A DNA stretch of 63,988 bases, the filler included, from Octopus bimaculoides (taxonomy: Eukaryota): the NCBI RefSeq assembly GCF_001194135.2. It is 10 parts of 8 records of this genome, joined end to end, with 100 filler letters (N's around TTAATTAATTAA, not from the genome) between each part and the next. Parts side by side here need not be neighbours in the genome. Positions count along the whole stretch, not along the records: positions 37,333 to 40,867 come from NC_068984.1; positions 40,968 to 49,906 come from NC_068982.1; 8 more parts are not named here. The stretch is one strand, 5' to 3'. Shown here in pieces: positions 37,683 through 49,455 of this stretch; the first letter of the stretch is position 1, and every line of letters begins with the position of its first letter. The notes under the pieces were generated by a model. That model searched no databases. It had not been told where the DNA came from and saw only the letters and a list, made by a program, of their open reading frames with translations. The position numbers and the translations under genes were made by a program.

Positions 37683-40050
37683 CACTCAACAGATTAGACT
37701 GTTGCAAAAGAAAATAATCCTAACATCGGGCTATAACAAGTTGCCTTAGAACCCATCTATCGGGTTACAGCAAGTAACCTTAGATGCCAAGAACCCTCCT
37801 AAGTATCCTAGCTGTCCCTAATAACAGTTTTCAGATCTTTAGGGATAGTTCCCAATGCACCAATAACTACTGGGATACATTTTACCAGCACTTTCCATAG
37901 TCTCTGTAATTCAATAGCTAGGTCCTGGTGNNNNNNNNNNCCAGCACTTTCCATAGTCTCTGTAATTCAATAGCTAGGTCCTGGTGCTTTGCTATTTTTT
38001 CTATACTTTTCATATTAATTTTTTCATCATTTGGGACTGTAAAGTCAATTTTCTGGCACTTTCTATTCTCTTTATCTACCAAATCAGGCCTTCTAGCTTC
38101 TATTACCCTGTAAGTCTGAAAGTTAAAGTTCCACAACAACTTGTACTGCTTACTTTCTAGTACTTTTATTAGGTTCATGTTCATACCATTTATCAGTATG
38201 TTCAAATCCTAGCTTTCTACAAAGCTCCCAGTGGATTGCTCTCCCTAGATTGTCATGTGTTTTCTTGTATTCTTTCTGTGCCAGCATGCTACATTCACTT
38301 ACTATATGAGTAACACTTTCCTCTTCTGATTTGCATAATCTACATTGGGAATCTACTTCGTTTTTGTCTATTTTGGATTTTATCCAGTTGGTCTTTAATG
38401 CTTGATCTTATGCAGCTATGAACAAACTTTCTCTTTCCCTCTTCAGCTTTCACTTCTGCAGCCATAACTATGTCTCACTACTACTATTTTCTGAAACTAT
38501 CTTTGGGAATCCGCCATTCAATGCCTCCTCCTGCCAGTCAGCTAATTTCTGTTCTTTTTCTGGTTTTTAAGTTTGTTTGGTCTTTTGGTTTCCCTATGTC
38601 TTGCTGTGACTCTAGCAGCTTTTAATAAACTTTCTTCACTATTACCTACATAGGAGTCTACATCTACTCTAGCTAATTTCATGCAGTCTTCCACTGATTA
38701 ACCTCTCTTCTACTGATTAACCACTCTTCTACCTTCCTTTCTAGGTAGGTATAATCTTGCTACTCCTGCTCTTGGGTGGAATCCTCCATTCATATTGAAT
38801 TCCTTCCTAGTTCTTCTGTCTAGCTTTGCTAATTCAGTTTTTGTTCAGTCTACAAAAGTTGCTAAATATCTAAGTAATGATACTGCCCAAGTATTTACAA
38901 CCTTCACTAGATTTGGACCATTTAGCTTTGACTTCATTAGCTTCCTTGCCCTTCTGATGTACTCCTTCTCAATTTTTGTTTTCATTTCTGTAGTTAGTAC
39001 TCTATCAGATTCTAATACTCCTAGATATTTAAAACTCTCTCCTCTTTTCAATGATTTTAATGTCTGGCCATCTGGTAATTGGATGCCTTTGCTGTTGACT
39101 ACCTAACCCTTCTCATGACTAATATTGCACAATTATCTATGCCAAATTCCATGCCAATATCTTTGCTGAAGAGTCTTACAGTCTGTATTAAGGAATCTAT
39201 TTCTTTTTTATTCTTACTAAAAAGTTTCAGATCAACCATGTAGAGCAAATGGTTAATTTTTTTCATTACTATTTCTGAACTGATACCCTGCCTTTGCCTT
39301 CCTTAATGCTAAACTGAGGGGGATCAAACATAGAACAAATATTAAAGAGAACAATGAGTCCCCCTGGAAAATACCTTTTTTAATATTAACTTTCCCTACG
39401 AGTGTGTCACCTGAGTATAGATCTACTTTCCATTTCTTCATGCTAAAGCTAATTAATTCTCTTATGTTGTCTGCTATACTGAACATACTCAAACATTCGC
39501 TTATCCATGAGAGTATATGTCATAGGCTTTCCTATAATCTATCCATGCTATTGTTATATTTTTCTTTCTAACTTTTACTTCATTTAGAACTGCTTTATCT
39601 ATATATAATAGATCATGCGTTCCTCTAGCCTTCTTTCTACAACCTTTCTGTTCTTCTGGTAGTAAATTCTGGTTGTCAATGTGCTCATAAATGCGTTCTG
39701 AAAGCATTCCTCTTAACAGCTTGGTAAGCAAGTGATTGGTCTATAGTTATCCTTCATAGTTGCTAGTGATTGGTCTATAGTTATCCCTCATAATGAGTAT
39801 TGTACTCTCTCTAGTCATCCAATTTGGTATTATTCCCTCATTAAGGAAATCCTGAAGTTGTTCCCTCAGCCTCCCACGTAAACTACTGAATTTCTTTTGC
39901 TAGTACCTTTGAACTAAATCTGGTCCTGAGCCCTTCCAATTCGGCATTTTTGCAAACAATTTAATGCACTAGTTAATCATAGATCTGATTGCTTCTCACT
40001 ACTTCTTCCCTTACTTTATTTAACCATACTGCATTTCCATTATGATTGAC
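37680..40050 (-). mobile_element. R4/Dong-clade non-LTR retrotransposon (RT, CCHC, restriction-like endonuclease), 5' truncated and decayed
   Basis: EEQKGCRKK...AWIDYRKAYD; KKGIFQGDSL; FKYLGVLE; CKSEEESVTHIVSEC; IEARRPD...IDFTVP. The 3' end abuts (TAA)n at 37631-37680. Confidence 0.88.
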
Positions 40051-40158
40051 TGGTTTGTGCAGCTGGATTGATGTAATGATTGCATTGTTCACTTGAATGG
40101 AGCTGCTTGAAGCAGCCGTGCTGCATCACTTCTTGATGTCCTGTTGCTTATTTTGATT

Positions 40159-40790
40159 TCAAATTTCCTAGACGTAACATTAGATATTAAGAATAAAACA
40201 TATAGACCCCTAACGAACCTACAGTATATAAATAAATTAAGTAACCATCCTAGGGCTATCATAGAGAATCTAGTTTAAAATATATCTTTAAGACTATCCA
40301 AATTATCTGCTAACAATAGGGTATTTAATAATGAAGCTAATTTCTATAATGCAGCACTGAAGGCAGGATATAGAGAAAGGGTTTCCTATATTGAAAATGA
40401 CAGCAACGGAATTGAAATAACTGACAGTAGTAATAATAATAATAATAATAATAATAAGAGAAAATAAACTAAATAAACCAAGGTACCTCCATAAACACAA
40501 CATAGGTAACTTAAAATTCTTTAAAAACGATATTAATAACCATGAGGATAATAATAAGGATAATAAAATCTGGCTCATAATCCCATTTGGGAGAAATATC
40601 AAGAGTAACTTGATAGCTAAGTTTAGAGAGGTGATAGGTAGACACTTCCCAAGGAGCTCACACTATGGTAAGATTATCAACACACACATAATTAGATTTG
40701 GATTTTCAAATACTAGGAACATAGCACAAATAATAGTAGCACATAACCTTAAAATACTTAAGTCTAAAGAAACAGGTAGGAATGAGAATT
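40159..40790 (+). pseudogene. Penelope-like element RT thumb/linker fragment
   Basis: NFLDVTLDIKNKTYRP...YINKLSNHPRAII...ANNRVFN; IWLIIPFGRNIKSNLIAKFREVIGRHFP...NTRNIAQIIVAHNLKIL. Confidence 0.75.
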
Positions 40791-40811
40791 TGAACAATAA
40801 TATAAATAGCA

Positions 40812-40855
<44 letters not shown>

Positions 40856-41062
40856 AATGATAACAATNNNNNNNNNNNNNNNNNNNNNNNNNNNNNNNNN
40901 NNNNNNNNNNNTTAATTAATTAANNNNNNNNNNNNNNNNNNNNNNNNNNNNNNNNNNNNNNNNNNNNCCTTCCCCCTCCCAAAAAGAAAAGCTCTACATT
41001 GTATTTGTCCCATCTTCGTTGAGCCCTGTGTGGCTAATAAAAGAAATGTATCTATCTATCTA

Positions 41063-41099
<37 letters not shown>

Positions 41100-41104
41100 T
41101 TGCC

Positions 41105-44100
41105 TGTCTGTCTGTGGCCACAGGGGGAAGGTGAAAAAAGAATAGAGGAGCAAACAAACAAAGCAGGGAGGTTCACCACTCCTGAAACCAAAACACCCGC
41201 AGAAAACAAAAGCATTAACACAAATACACAAACACCAAATGGCCCCACAATGTTGACAGCTATAAACACTAACAATGCATACCTCATGGAATACATTAGG
41301 TCAAACATCAGCACAACAGAAAACGATACCAAAACAAATAATTACCCAAGCACTACAACACCGCAACACATTAAACTCATACATATAACACAGAACACAC
41401 ACGACACATTGAAATCTCTCTACCCGGATGCAGTAGAGAGATTTCAAAAATGCCTTTCTAAAAAACTGTTCAAAAACCTTCTGGGAGAAGACTGTGAGGT
41501 GAAGGGCAAACGACTTTCGAACAGTAAGTGACTCTTTTTCTCTCATTCTCTTTCGTCCTACTTCCGTGTGTAAAACACAACTTTCGATAGGAACATGCTC
41601 AGAATAGGTTGTATAAATGTACGTAGCTTGGAGTCGCCTTGAAAACAAGGCTACCTATTAAATGACATCCAGTCACAGAATGTGAATATTATAGCCATCA
41701 ATGAGACCAAATTCCACAACTCACGGGCCCTTCAGCGCATGTTCGGCGGACATTTCGACATTTATTTTTTTCCGTGTCTGCCGGGAATGAGCGGAGGTGG
41801 TACCGCGGTGCTTCTTCGGAAGAGTCTGGACGTTAATGTAAGAGTAATATTCCTAGACCCTGGTAGGCTGGTCGTCTTGGATGTCGATGGCAATAAATGG
41901 GTGTGCTTTTCAACTGATAACAGTTTATGCACCGTCATTAACAGGTCGGCCATAGATTTCTTTCGACGTCAAGAGGTTTTCCTGGGAACGTCTCGACCTT
42001 TACTTTTAGTGGGGGATTGGAACGCTACCTTGGACACGCATCTAGACTACGTGAGCAGAGATAGTAATAGGACCAAGACTTCAACTACAAACGCGAAGGA
42101 TGCGTTGTCAGAGCTAGGATGCTTGCTCTGAGGAACAAAGGAGTTGGAGCCGGCCGAGACGCCCGCGTGGCGGTGGCGCAACGAAGAAACAAAGCCACCA
42201 TTATATCTCTGAAAAGGGCGCGAATTACTCGAGCCCGAAAGGATGTGTGAGGCCTTTCAACAATACGTTGTCCGACTGTTCGGGTCAACTGGTGGGTTAG
42301 AACGCAGAGTTGACATTAGTGCCTACCTGCATGGCCTGCCGCGACTTTCGACAAGAGGGGTGGAGTGTTGTGAAAGACCCATCACTGACGCGGACGTATG
42401 GGATGCGATGCCAAACTTGTATGGACGCGTCTTGGCAGCGGTCTACTGCAGCTGGCAGCAAAACAGGAGTATTCCCGTTTCTGTGAAGCGAACTGGAACC
42501 CTGCTAAATAAAGATCCAAACAAGGGGAACGTCATAGATAACTTCAGGCCATCACTCTGCTCAACGCAGATTTGGAAATTTTGGCCAAAGTGCAAGCCGA
42601 GAGGTTGGCGCTTGTCATTGAGAAACAGATAGACAAAACGCAAACAAGCACTGTGCTGCGCAGGCGTATCCATGACAACATGCATCTGATGCGCTACATC
42701 ATAGACAAGTTAGTTAAGGAACCTGGCATGGGTGGGGCGCTGATCAATTTGGATCAATCGAAAGCTTTCGATAGGGTCAACCATCGCTACTTGGAGGCTG
42801 TCCTTAGAGCGGCCGCTTTCGGTCCCGTCTTCCGCGATTGGATCGCTGCCTTATCTAGTGGCATCCGCTCGGTAGTTCGCGTAAATGGTGATCTGTCACG
42901 CGCGCGGTCCGTGAAGGATGCCCACTCTCGGCCCTTCTGTACGTATTAACTCTAGAACCACTACTGCGGAAGCTGGCGACGCTGAGGGGCATCTCGCGAG
43001 AACTGGGATGCGGGAGGAGCGTGTCTCCATACGCGGACGACGTCTCTGTGATAGTGTCGAGCTACAGGCATATCGACCTGGTCGGCAAGACACTAAAAGA
43101 ATACGAAGCGGTAACGCGAGCGAAAATTAACCGGGAAAAGTCACTGGGCTTGCGGCTCGGCACCTAGAGAAGCAAGCCCATGCTGTCCAACGGCGTCTCC
43201 ATCGTGGAACGCTGGGCAGACGGGCCGGTTAAATTGCTAGGAGTCTGGTTCGGTCCGGACCTCCAAATGGAGAAGAACTTGCACGAGATAACGAGTAGAG
43301 TGGTCACCCTCACCCAGCAATGGCCCGAGAGGAAGCTATCTCTAAAAGGGAGGGTTGAAGTGACCCACGCGTACATTGCATCCGTCATCAATTACCGTCC
43401 GACCCTTGTGCCTTGTTCCGACCCTACCATCACCAACCTGGAACTCATACTCTACCGCTTTTGTGGAAGGGAAGCGTTCCGATAGTTAGGCGATCCATTT
43501 GCTGTCAACACCCACTAAATGGATGGCTGGGCATGTCGTGGTTGATGATGAGCAGACTGCGAAATCTCCAGCTCTTCATAGACGACGGTGAATATGTGTG
43601 GTCACCGTTTGTGAGGCGCCCTTTCCCACAGCTCGTCTTTTTCGCCGAACTGTAGTCGTGGATCAAACAGAGACCGAGACTAGGCGAATGGCACAGCGAG
43701 TGCCGCCTTGCTCTCAAGCAACTCTGCCGTCCGGAACCAAACTTGTGTGACTTCAATTCCACGAAGGCGTTCTATAGAGGATTAGTGGAGGGAAGGTACA
43801 ACGACGTTCTCGGGGAGAATCTGGGCGTCGGCGTGGAACACCTGACCCGCCTGTTCAGGACAACATTCAAGCCGGGACCTATGGACAATCACCAGAGATC
43901 CCTGACCTGGCAGTGCTATCGAGAAGCATTGCTCGTTTGGGATAAGTTCTATAGGCACGGTTCGAGATACACCGGACCGACTTGCCCGAGATGCGGTCAG
44001 AGGGACGAAACCGTTCTGCACGCACTCGTGCAGTGTCCAACCAATTTCGGACCTGTAGGCTTATGCCGAACGGCTGCTGTCACGTGTGGGATGAATTCGG

Positions 44101-44230
44101 TTGTGGGCCGGGTCTATCATGAAAATTGCTACGCCACCTTCCCTTAACCGGGAAGGTAAGGCAGTTTTCATCGTACTGGTGGCCGTGGTGAAAGAATGTG
44201 TAGGGTGGAGTCGAGCGAAAGGTTTAGAGA
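41105..44230 (+). mobile_element. Tx1/L1-group LINE (putative ORF1 C-terminus to 41531; ORF2 from ATG 41595), with frameshifts and an internal deletion
   Basis: RIGCINVRSL...IIAINETK; VGDWNATLD; LDQSKAFDRVNH; PYADDVSV; KLLGVWFG; CPRCGQRDETVLHALVQC. Confidence 0.88.
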
Positions 44231-44343
44231 CAAACCCTTGCCTCTCATATTTTCATATATTTTACTTTTATTGACAACAAAGAGGTAAATTAGAAATAAT
44301 CCATTTCTAAATCTCACAGAAAGACTTTAGCAGTGGTGATGCG

Positions 44344-44693
44344 ATAAAGTAGTTGTATACCGTCAACTTAACGTGACAGTCCTAATAAGGAACTAATTTT
44401 TGTAATCAGTGAATGTGTTTCGCTAGAAATATATATGTTTACGAGAGCTTGACAGGCATCTAAAGAGAATTAGTCATGCTACTTCAGGCTGATGACGAGC
44501 AAAAACTCAGAAACATGTCCCTGAACGCAGGCTAGGCTGGGTGGAGGTGCTTGTCTCCCCATCGTAAACATAAGGACACAGGAAATGTGTCAAGGCCGAC
44601 AGGAATCGGTCCAGCTTCCTAGGGCTAAATAGCAGTAGCATGATTCCTTTATTGGGACTGTCACGTTAAGTTGACAGTCTACAACTACTTTAT
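44344..44693. mobile_element. 350-bp non-autonomous element with 45-bp terminal inverted repeats and an internal hammerhead motif
   Basis: 44344-44388 vs the reverse complement of 44649-44693 match at 42/45 positions; no coding capacity. Confidence 0.8.
44483..44525 (+). ncRNA. Minimal type I hammerhead ribozyme motif
   Basis: UUCAGG CUGAUGA C GAG-CAAAAA-CUC A GAAA C AU G UC / CCUGAA. It has a 6-bp helix I, a palindromic ACAUGU helix III and a canonical GUC triplet; positions 10.1/11.1 are a C-A mismatch. Confidence 0.7.
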
Positions 44694-44722
44694 ATATATA
44701 TAAATATATATATATATACACA

Positions 44723-45354
44723 CAGAGGGTGTTCAAAAGGTCTATCTGCAGTAAGTATTTTATTGGTATAAGACTACAAAATAAGGTGACGAGCTGGCAG
44801 AATCGTGGTATTTCGTGTCTTTACATTCTGAGTTCAAATTCACCCGATGTCGACTTCGGCTTTCATCATTTCGGGCTCGATAAATTAAGTACCAGTTACA
44901 TATTGATGTCGATATAATCGACTGACTCCCCTCCAAAAAGATTTCGAGCCTTATGCCTAGAGTAGAAAAGGTATATGACTACAAAAGATTATATTAGTTT
45001 CGTCTGAAAGAACAGTAGGCCTACCACTTCTTTGTACGTCCTCCAATGAGCCTGTGTTTCTAAATTTTCTTATCAAATTCCGCACAGTGTCACAATGGGG
45101 AACAACAGTATTTGGAAAATTTCACTGAACTTCTGTTTCACAGTATCTGTGTATTTGTTTCCAGCTCGAAACACCAATTCAACTAAAAAAGTACGTTCTT
45201 CAATGGTTAACATGTCACGTAGAAGGGTAAAACAATGACTGAGGGAGAATGGCTGACACCCGGCTGCCCACGCATTGACAGCCAAGTTGCGCATGCGCAT
45301 GCGCATGCGCAGGAGGAAACAATTCACTGGGGAGAGACTTATTGAACACCCTAT
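44723..45354 (-). mobile_element. Internally deleted mariner-like element keeping the transposase N-terminus, with a family-B SINE inserted at 44782-44971
   Basis: Inverted ends agggtgttcaa(a/t)a(g/a)gtct; MLTIEERTFLVELVF...TVRNLIRKFRNTGSLEDVQRSGRP. Confidence 0.7.
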
Positions 45355-45831
45355 ATGTATACTTCTTTCCGTTTCCGTCTATCAAATCCACTCAAATGGC
45401 TCTGGTCGGCCCGAGGTTATGGTAGGTGACATTTGTCCAAGGTGTGAAGCAATGAGACTGAACACAAAACTATATGGTTGGGAACGAAGCTTTTTACCCC
45501 ACAGACACCCCCGTGTCTAATATATTTATATTCTAATCATATTTCCTTTGGCAACTCGTAGTCGTTTCATAATTAATACTGAAAACAGCAATGTGACATA
45601 AAGGATATAATATTAAGATACCGTGGTATCATGCAAAATGAAATATAGGATTAACTGAAATATGCTAAATTCTGAATTACAATCACATTTGCTCTATCAC
45701 CACATTTCCCCACTATGAAGCCTGCAAATTGAAAAAGTCACTAATTCACTTACAAGGATTCACCAGGCTAAACTCTTTTTCTTGAAGAAATAAGAATCAT
45801 TAAAAATAAAAAATAAAAAAGTCCTTCTATA

Positions 45832-45999
45832 GGCGCAGGAATGGCTGTGCGGTAAGTAGCTTGCTTACCAACCACATGATTCCGGGTTCAGTCCCACTGC
45901 GTGGCACCTTGGGCCAGTGTCTTCTACTATAGCCTCGGGGTGACCAAAGCCTTGTGAGTGGATTTGGTAGACGGAAACTGAAAGCTTCTCGTACACACG

Positions 46000-46090
<91 letters not shown>

Positions 46091-46326
46091 GCACACATAT
46101 ATGTATATATGTGCGTGTATGCATGTTTGCTTGTATTCGTTTCCCCACCATCGCTTGACAACCGATGCTGGAGTGTTTACATCTCCGTAACCTATCAATT
46201 CGGCCAAAAGTGACCGATATAATATAAACTAGGCTTACAATGAATAAGTCCGGGTTGGGGGTGCATTAGTTCGACTCCAAGATGGCCGCAGTCAAATGAC
46301 TGAAAGAGATAGAAGAATAAAAGAAT
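45832..46326 (+). mobile_element. SINE family A with a long internal (CA)n
   Basis: Head, core, (CA)n at about 46002-46087, and tail. Confidence 0.85.
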
Positions 46327-47145
46327 ATTGTTCCTATCAAATTCTTGGCAATATATTTTAAGAACACAATTTCAGTATCTGAATTTCAGAAATATTTTAA
46401 AGACATATTAATGGTTATTAGAGGAACAACGTCACAATTTTTGTGAGATAATTTCATTTAGAGTGAAATGCAATTCCTTGCAGCGACACAATATATTATA
46501 TGCACATTAAAGTGGAGAACTGGAAGAGAAAGAGGGCGAGAGAGAGAGACACACACACACACAGAAGACTGTAAAGGAGAGCGGGGGAGAAAAAGAGTAT
46601 TAGAGAAGGATGGAGGAAGAAAAGAGTATGTGACTCTCTGTACTGTTTTTTCCTGCATCCTTCTCTAATTCCCTTTTTTCTACCCTCTACCGTTTTTTCT
46701 CTCTCTCTCCTTGCTCACACGTGACCATCGTCCATCTTTCTTTTCCTCATGTGACCATCTTTCTTTTCCTGCATGGACGTTCTCCTCCCTCTCTTTTATC
46801 TTTTCAAACAAAGTGTCTCTCACAGCGTTCACTATTTTCCTTTCGTTCTGGCCTAACGGCTCTCTATGTTTGTTTTTGTTTGGTTTCCTTGTATGTCTCC
46901 ACTGTCACCTTTTTGTAACCTACATTGACCCTCCAAAAATCCAAAATTTTATTTTAGAATTTATGGGAGCAACTGTCTTTGAAGACTCATATTTTGGTTG
47001 AATGCTCGAAATGAGGAGTAGATAGACAGCCGACAACTGATAAAGCGTCCTTTCTCTGTGTTAACTTGTCCTGTTTTCCATTCTTCTCTCATTGTTTACA
47101 TATTTCATGTCATTTGTACCGTTGGCGATGTCCTGTAGCCCTATA

Positions 47146-47188
<43 letters not shown>

Positions 47189-47203
47189 GCATATTCATTT
47201 ATA

Positions 47204-47680
47204 CAAGGTGTGATGGGTGAATTGTCGCTATCTTATATTTGCATTTTGCGCATGCGCATCGTTTGTTTTTGTTAGTGTCGACTACATCGTATAGTAGGTT
47301 TAGTTGGGCACCCTCTGTTAGAAAAACACAACAATGACACAATTTGCTCTGCTAGAAATTTGGAAACTACATGCTGTACTGCTTGGCATTCGCGCCTGAA
47401 GCTCCAGTACGAACATTTCAGAGTTTTGGGGTGTCAATCTGAGGCCATGTAACAAGAGGGATAAAAATCAAACATCCAGACAACAGTATGCTGTTTGGAG
47501 TAATAGCTAGTTATGGTCATGTTATGCCTTCATTCGTCATTCCACACGGTCTCAGGGACAACACGGAGGCCCACCTCAAATGCCTGGGGGGAAGTAGCGC
47601 AATCATTTCTGTGACCACATCACCTCTAACATCTGGCCATCTAACTCGCCAGACTGCAACCCGCTTGATTATTACGTTAT
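47204..47680 (+). mobile_element. Deleted maT/DD37D-like transposon
   Basis: TA followed by caaggtgtg at the 5' end; KHPDNSMLFGVIASYGHVMP; IWPSNSPDCNPLDYY. Confidence 0.7.
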
Positions 47681-47778
47681 GCGAATGTAAACATACTGAC
47701 ACCGATTTTTAAGCAGTGGGGGGACAAACACAGACGTAAAGATACTCCCGTATACACAAACACAAGCACACACAAACA

Positions 47779-47865
<87 letters not shown>

Positions 47866-48173
47866 TTATGTGTAATTGAAATGACTTATATATGTTTCGA
47901 CCAAATATTGGTCTAGGCCGTGTCTAACGTAATAGCACCACCTGCTAGGATTAACTAAATTCGTTTTGGTGTATCATGGTCCATTTGAGTAGGGAGTTCT
48001 TGTTGTGGGAGTTGCATCCAGGTATAGGTGGCTTGTCTGGTATTCCTTGAAGAAATTTGTCCAAATTCCATTGTGAGATAATGGGACCCTTTACCTTTTT
48101 TTATCTGTTTCGGGACAATGTTAAATAGGGCAGGGTTTCCTGAGGAAAAGACATTGTCTTGCAATGTATTTAC

Positions 48174-48214
<41 letters not shown>

Positions 48215-49234
48215 TACGTACGACCGACTTCTTTCAGTTTCCGTCTACCGAATGACTGCATAAAATTTGGGTTGGTCCAAGGTTATAGTAAAAGATACTT
48301 ACCCAAGGTGACATGCAGTGATACTGAACCCGAAACTATGTGGTCGGGAAGCAAATTTTTACGACACATTGGCCTGCGCCAATGTGTACATATATGTATG
48401 AATGTGTGTTCGTTCCGATGCGCGTTCGTATACTTACCTATTTCTCAGTAGTTCCGCTAATTAGAGTTAAGAATCTGTAGTATCATCTTCAAACGTCTTA
48501 GTCAATTATGTCGTTCCTACTATCTCGTGTGATAGACTTTCGATTTTCTTTCATCGAATGGCTGAACCGTCTTGTTGTATCACCCGTCTGTAAACACTGA
48601 AAGGAATTCCCCTATTTATGTCAATATAAACCAATATTGACATATATGTACACACACATACACATACACTCACAACTGTATACACCTAACTTCCTAGCAG
48701 TTGCCATCCATCAGATTTCACAAGTCATTATTCTATGTGACAATCAACTAGAAGATGCTTGCCCTGGGTATCGCATTGCGAGACACTACACGCAACCACG
48801 TGATTGCGGAGTGAAGTTCTTAATCATACAGCCATGTCTTACGTTGTTTTTCATTTGTCTGTCTTTCACGTAAAAGTACAAATGTGTTCAATACACATAT
48901 TTCTTAAGATTATGTGCACACCTTTGTAATTGTATTGCAGTTAAAATTATTATATCCTGATAATGAAAGAATACGTGCTATCGACTCTACAGTCAACCAC
49001 ATTCATCACCGAATTCAAAATTGTAAAAATGATGCTTAGGATATTTAAATAAGTTGGACACATTTTATAAGTAATTGAGTAGTTGACGTGGATATTCGAC
49101 TATTCCGAAAATACCAGAAGGTAGTTCTGTCTTCAAGTTAATAAGAAGCAGTGTTTAAGTTCAGTTCTATATTGAAGAAATGAGGAATTATTTACATTAT
49201 TTACATTTGACAGATATTTGTTCTCATTTTTTTT

Positions 49235-49280
49235 GTTAACGCGTTTCGGCTGATATACTCTCGAGCTTTCATCAGGTGTC
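49235..49280 (-). ncRNA. Degenerate hammerhead-like motif
   Basis: Minus strand GACAC CUGAUGA AAGCU...AGCC GAAA CGCG UU. The core and palindromic helix III are present, but helix I does not pair in this copy. Confidence 0.4.
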
Positions 49281-49322
49281 TTGGGGAAATTTGGAACCTG
49301 GGTTCACATGACCGTGGGCAAA

Positions 49323-49397
49323 CGGATATATGGCATAGTGGTTAAGAGCGAGGGCTACTAACCCCAAGATCCCGAGTTCGATTCCAGGCAGTGGCCT
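49323..49397 (+). mobile_element. tRNA-like SINE head followed directly by (AAT)n
   Basis: A-box tggcatagtgg and B-box gttcgattcc; no CCA or clean acceptor stem, so treated as a SINE rather than a tRNA gene. Confidence 0.6.
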
Positions 49398-49419
49398 GAA
49401 TAATAATAATAATAATAAC

Positions 49420-49451
<32 letters not shown>

Positions 49452-49455
<4 letters not shown>

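Noticed and set aside
37885-37986. Direct duplication of about 46 bp across a 10-N gap in the Dong element
   Set aside because: Typical of unmerged overlapping contig ends.
46960-47050. Possible permuted hammerhead (ctcGAAA...GUA...CUGAUAA) in a repeat also present at 19090-19180
   Set aside because: The core deviates in both copies and the helices need several bulges; not supportable without a consensus.
49323-49397. Functional tRNA gene
   Set aside because: The acceptor stem is poor and the sequence runs directly into (AAT)n; a SINE head is more likely.
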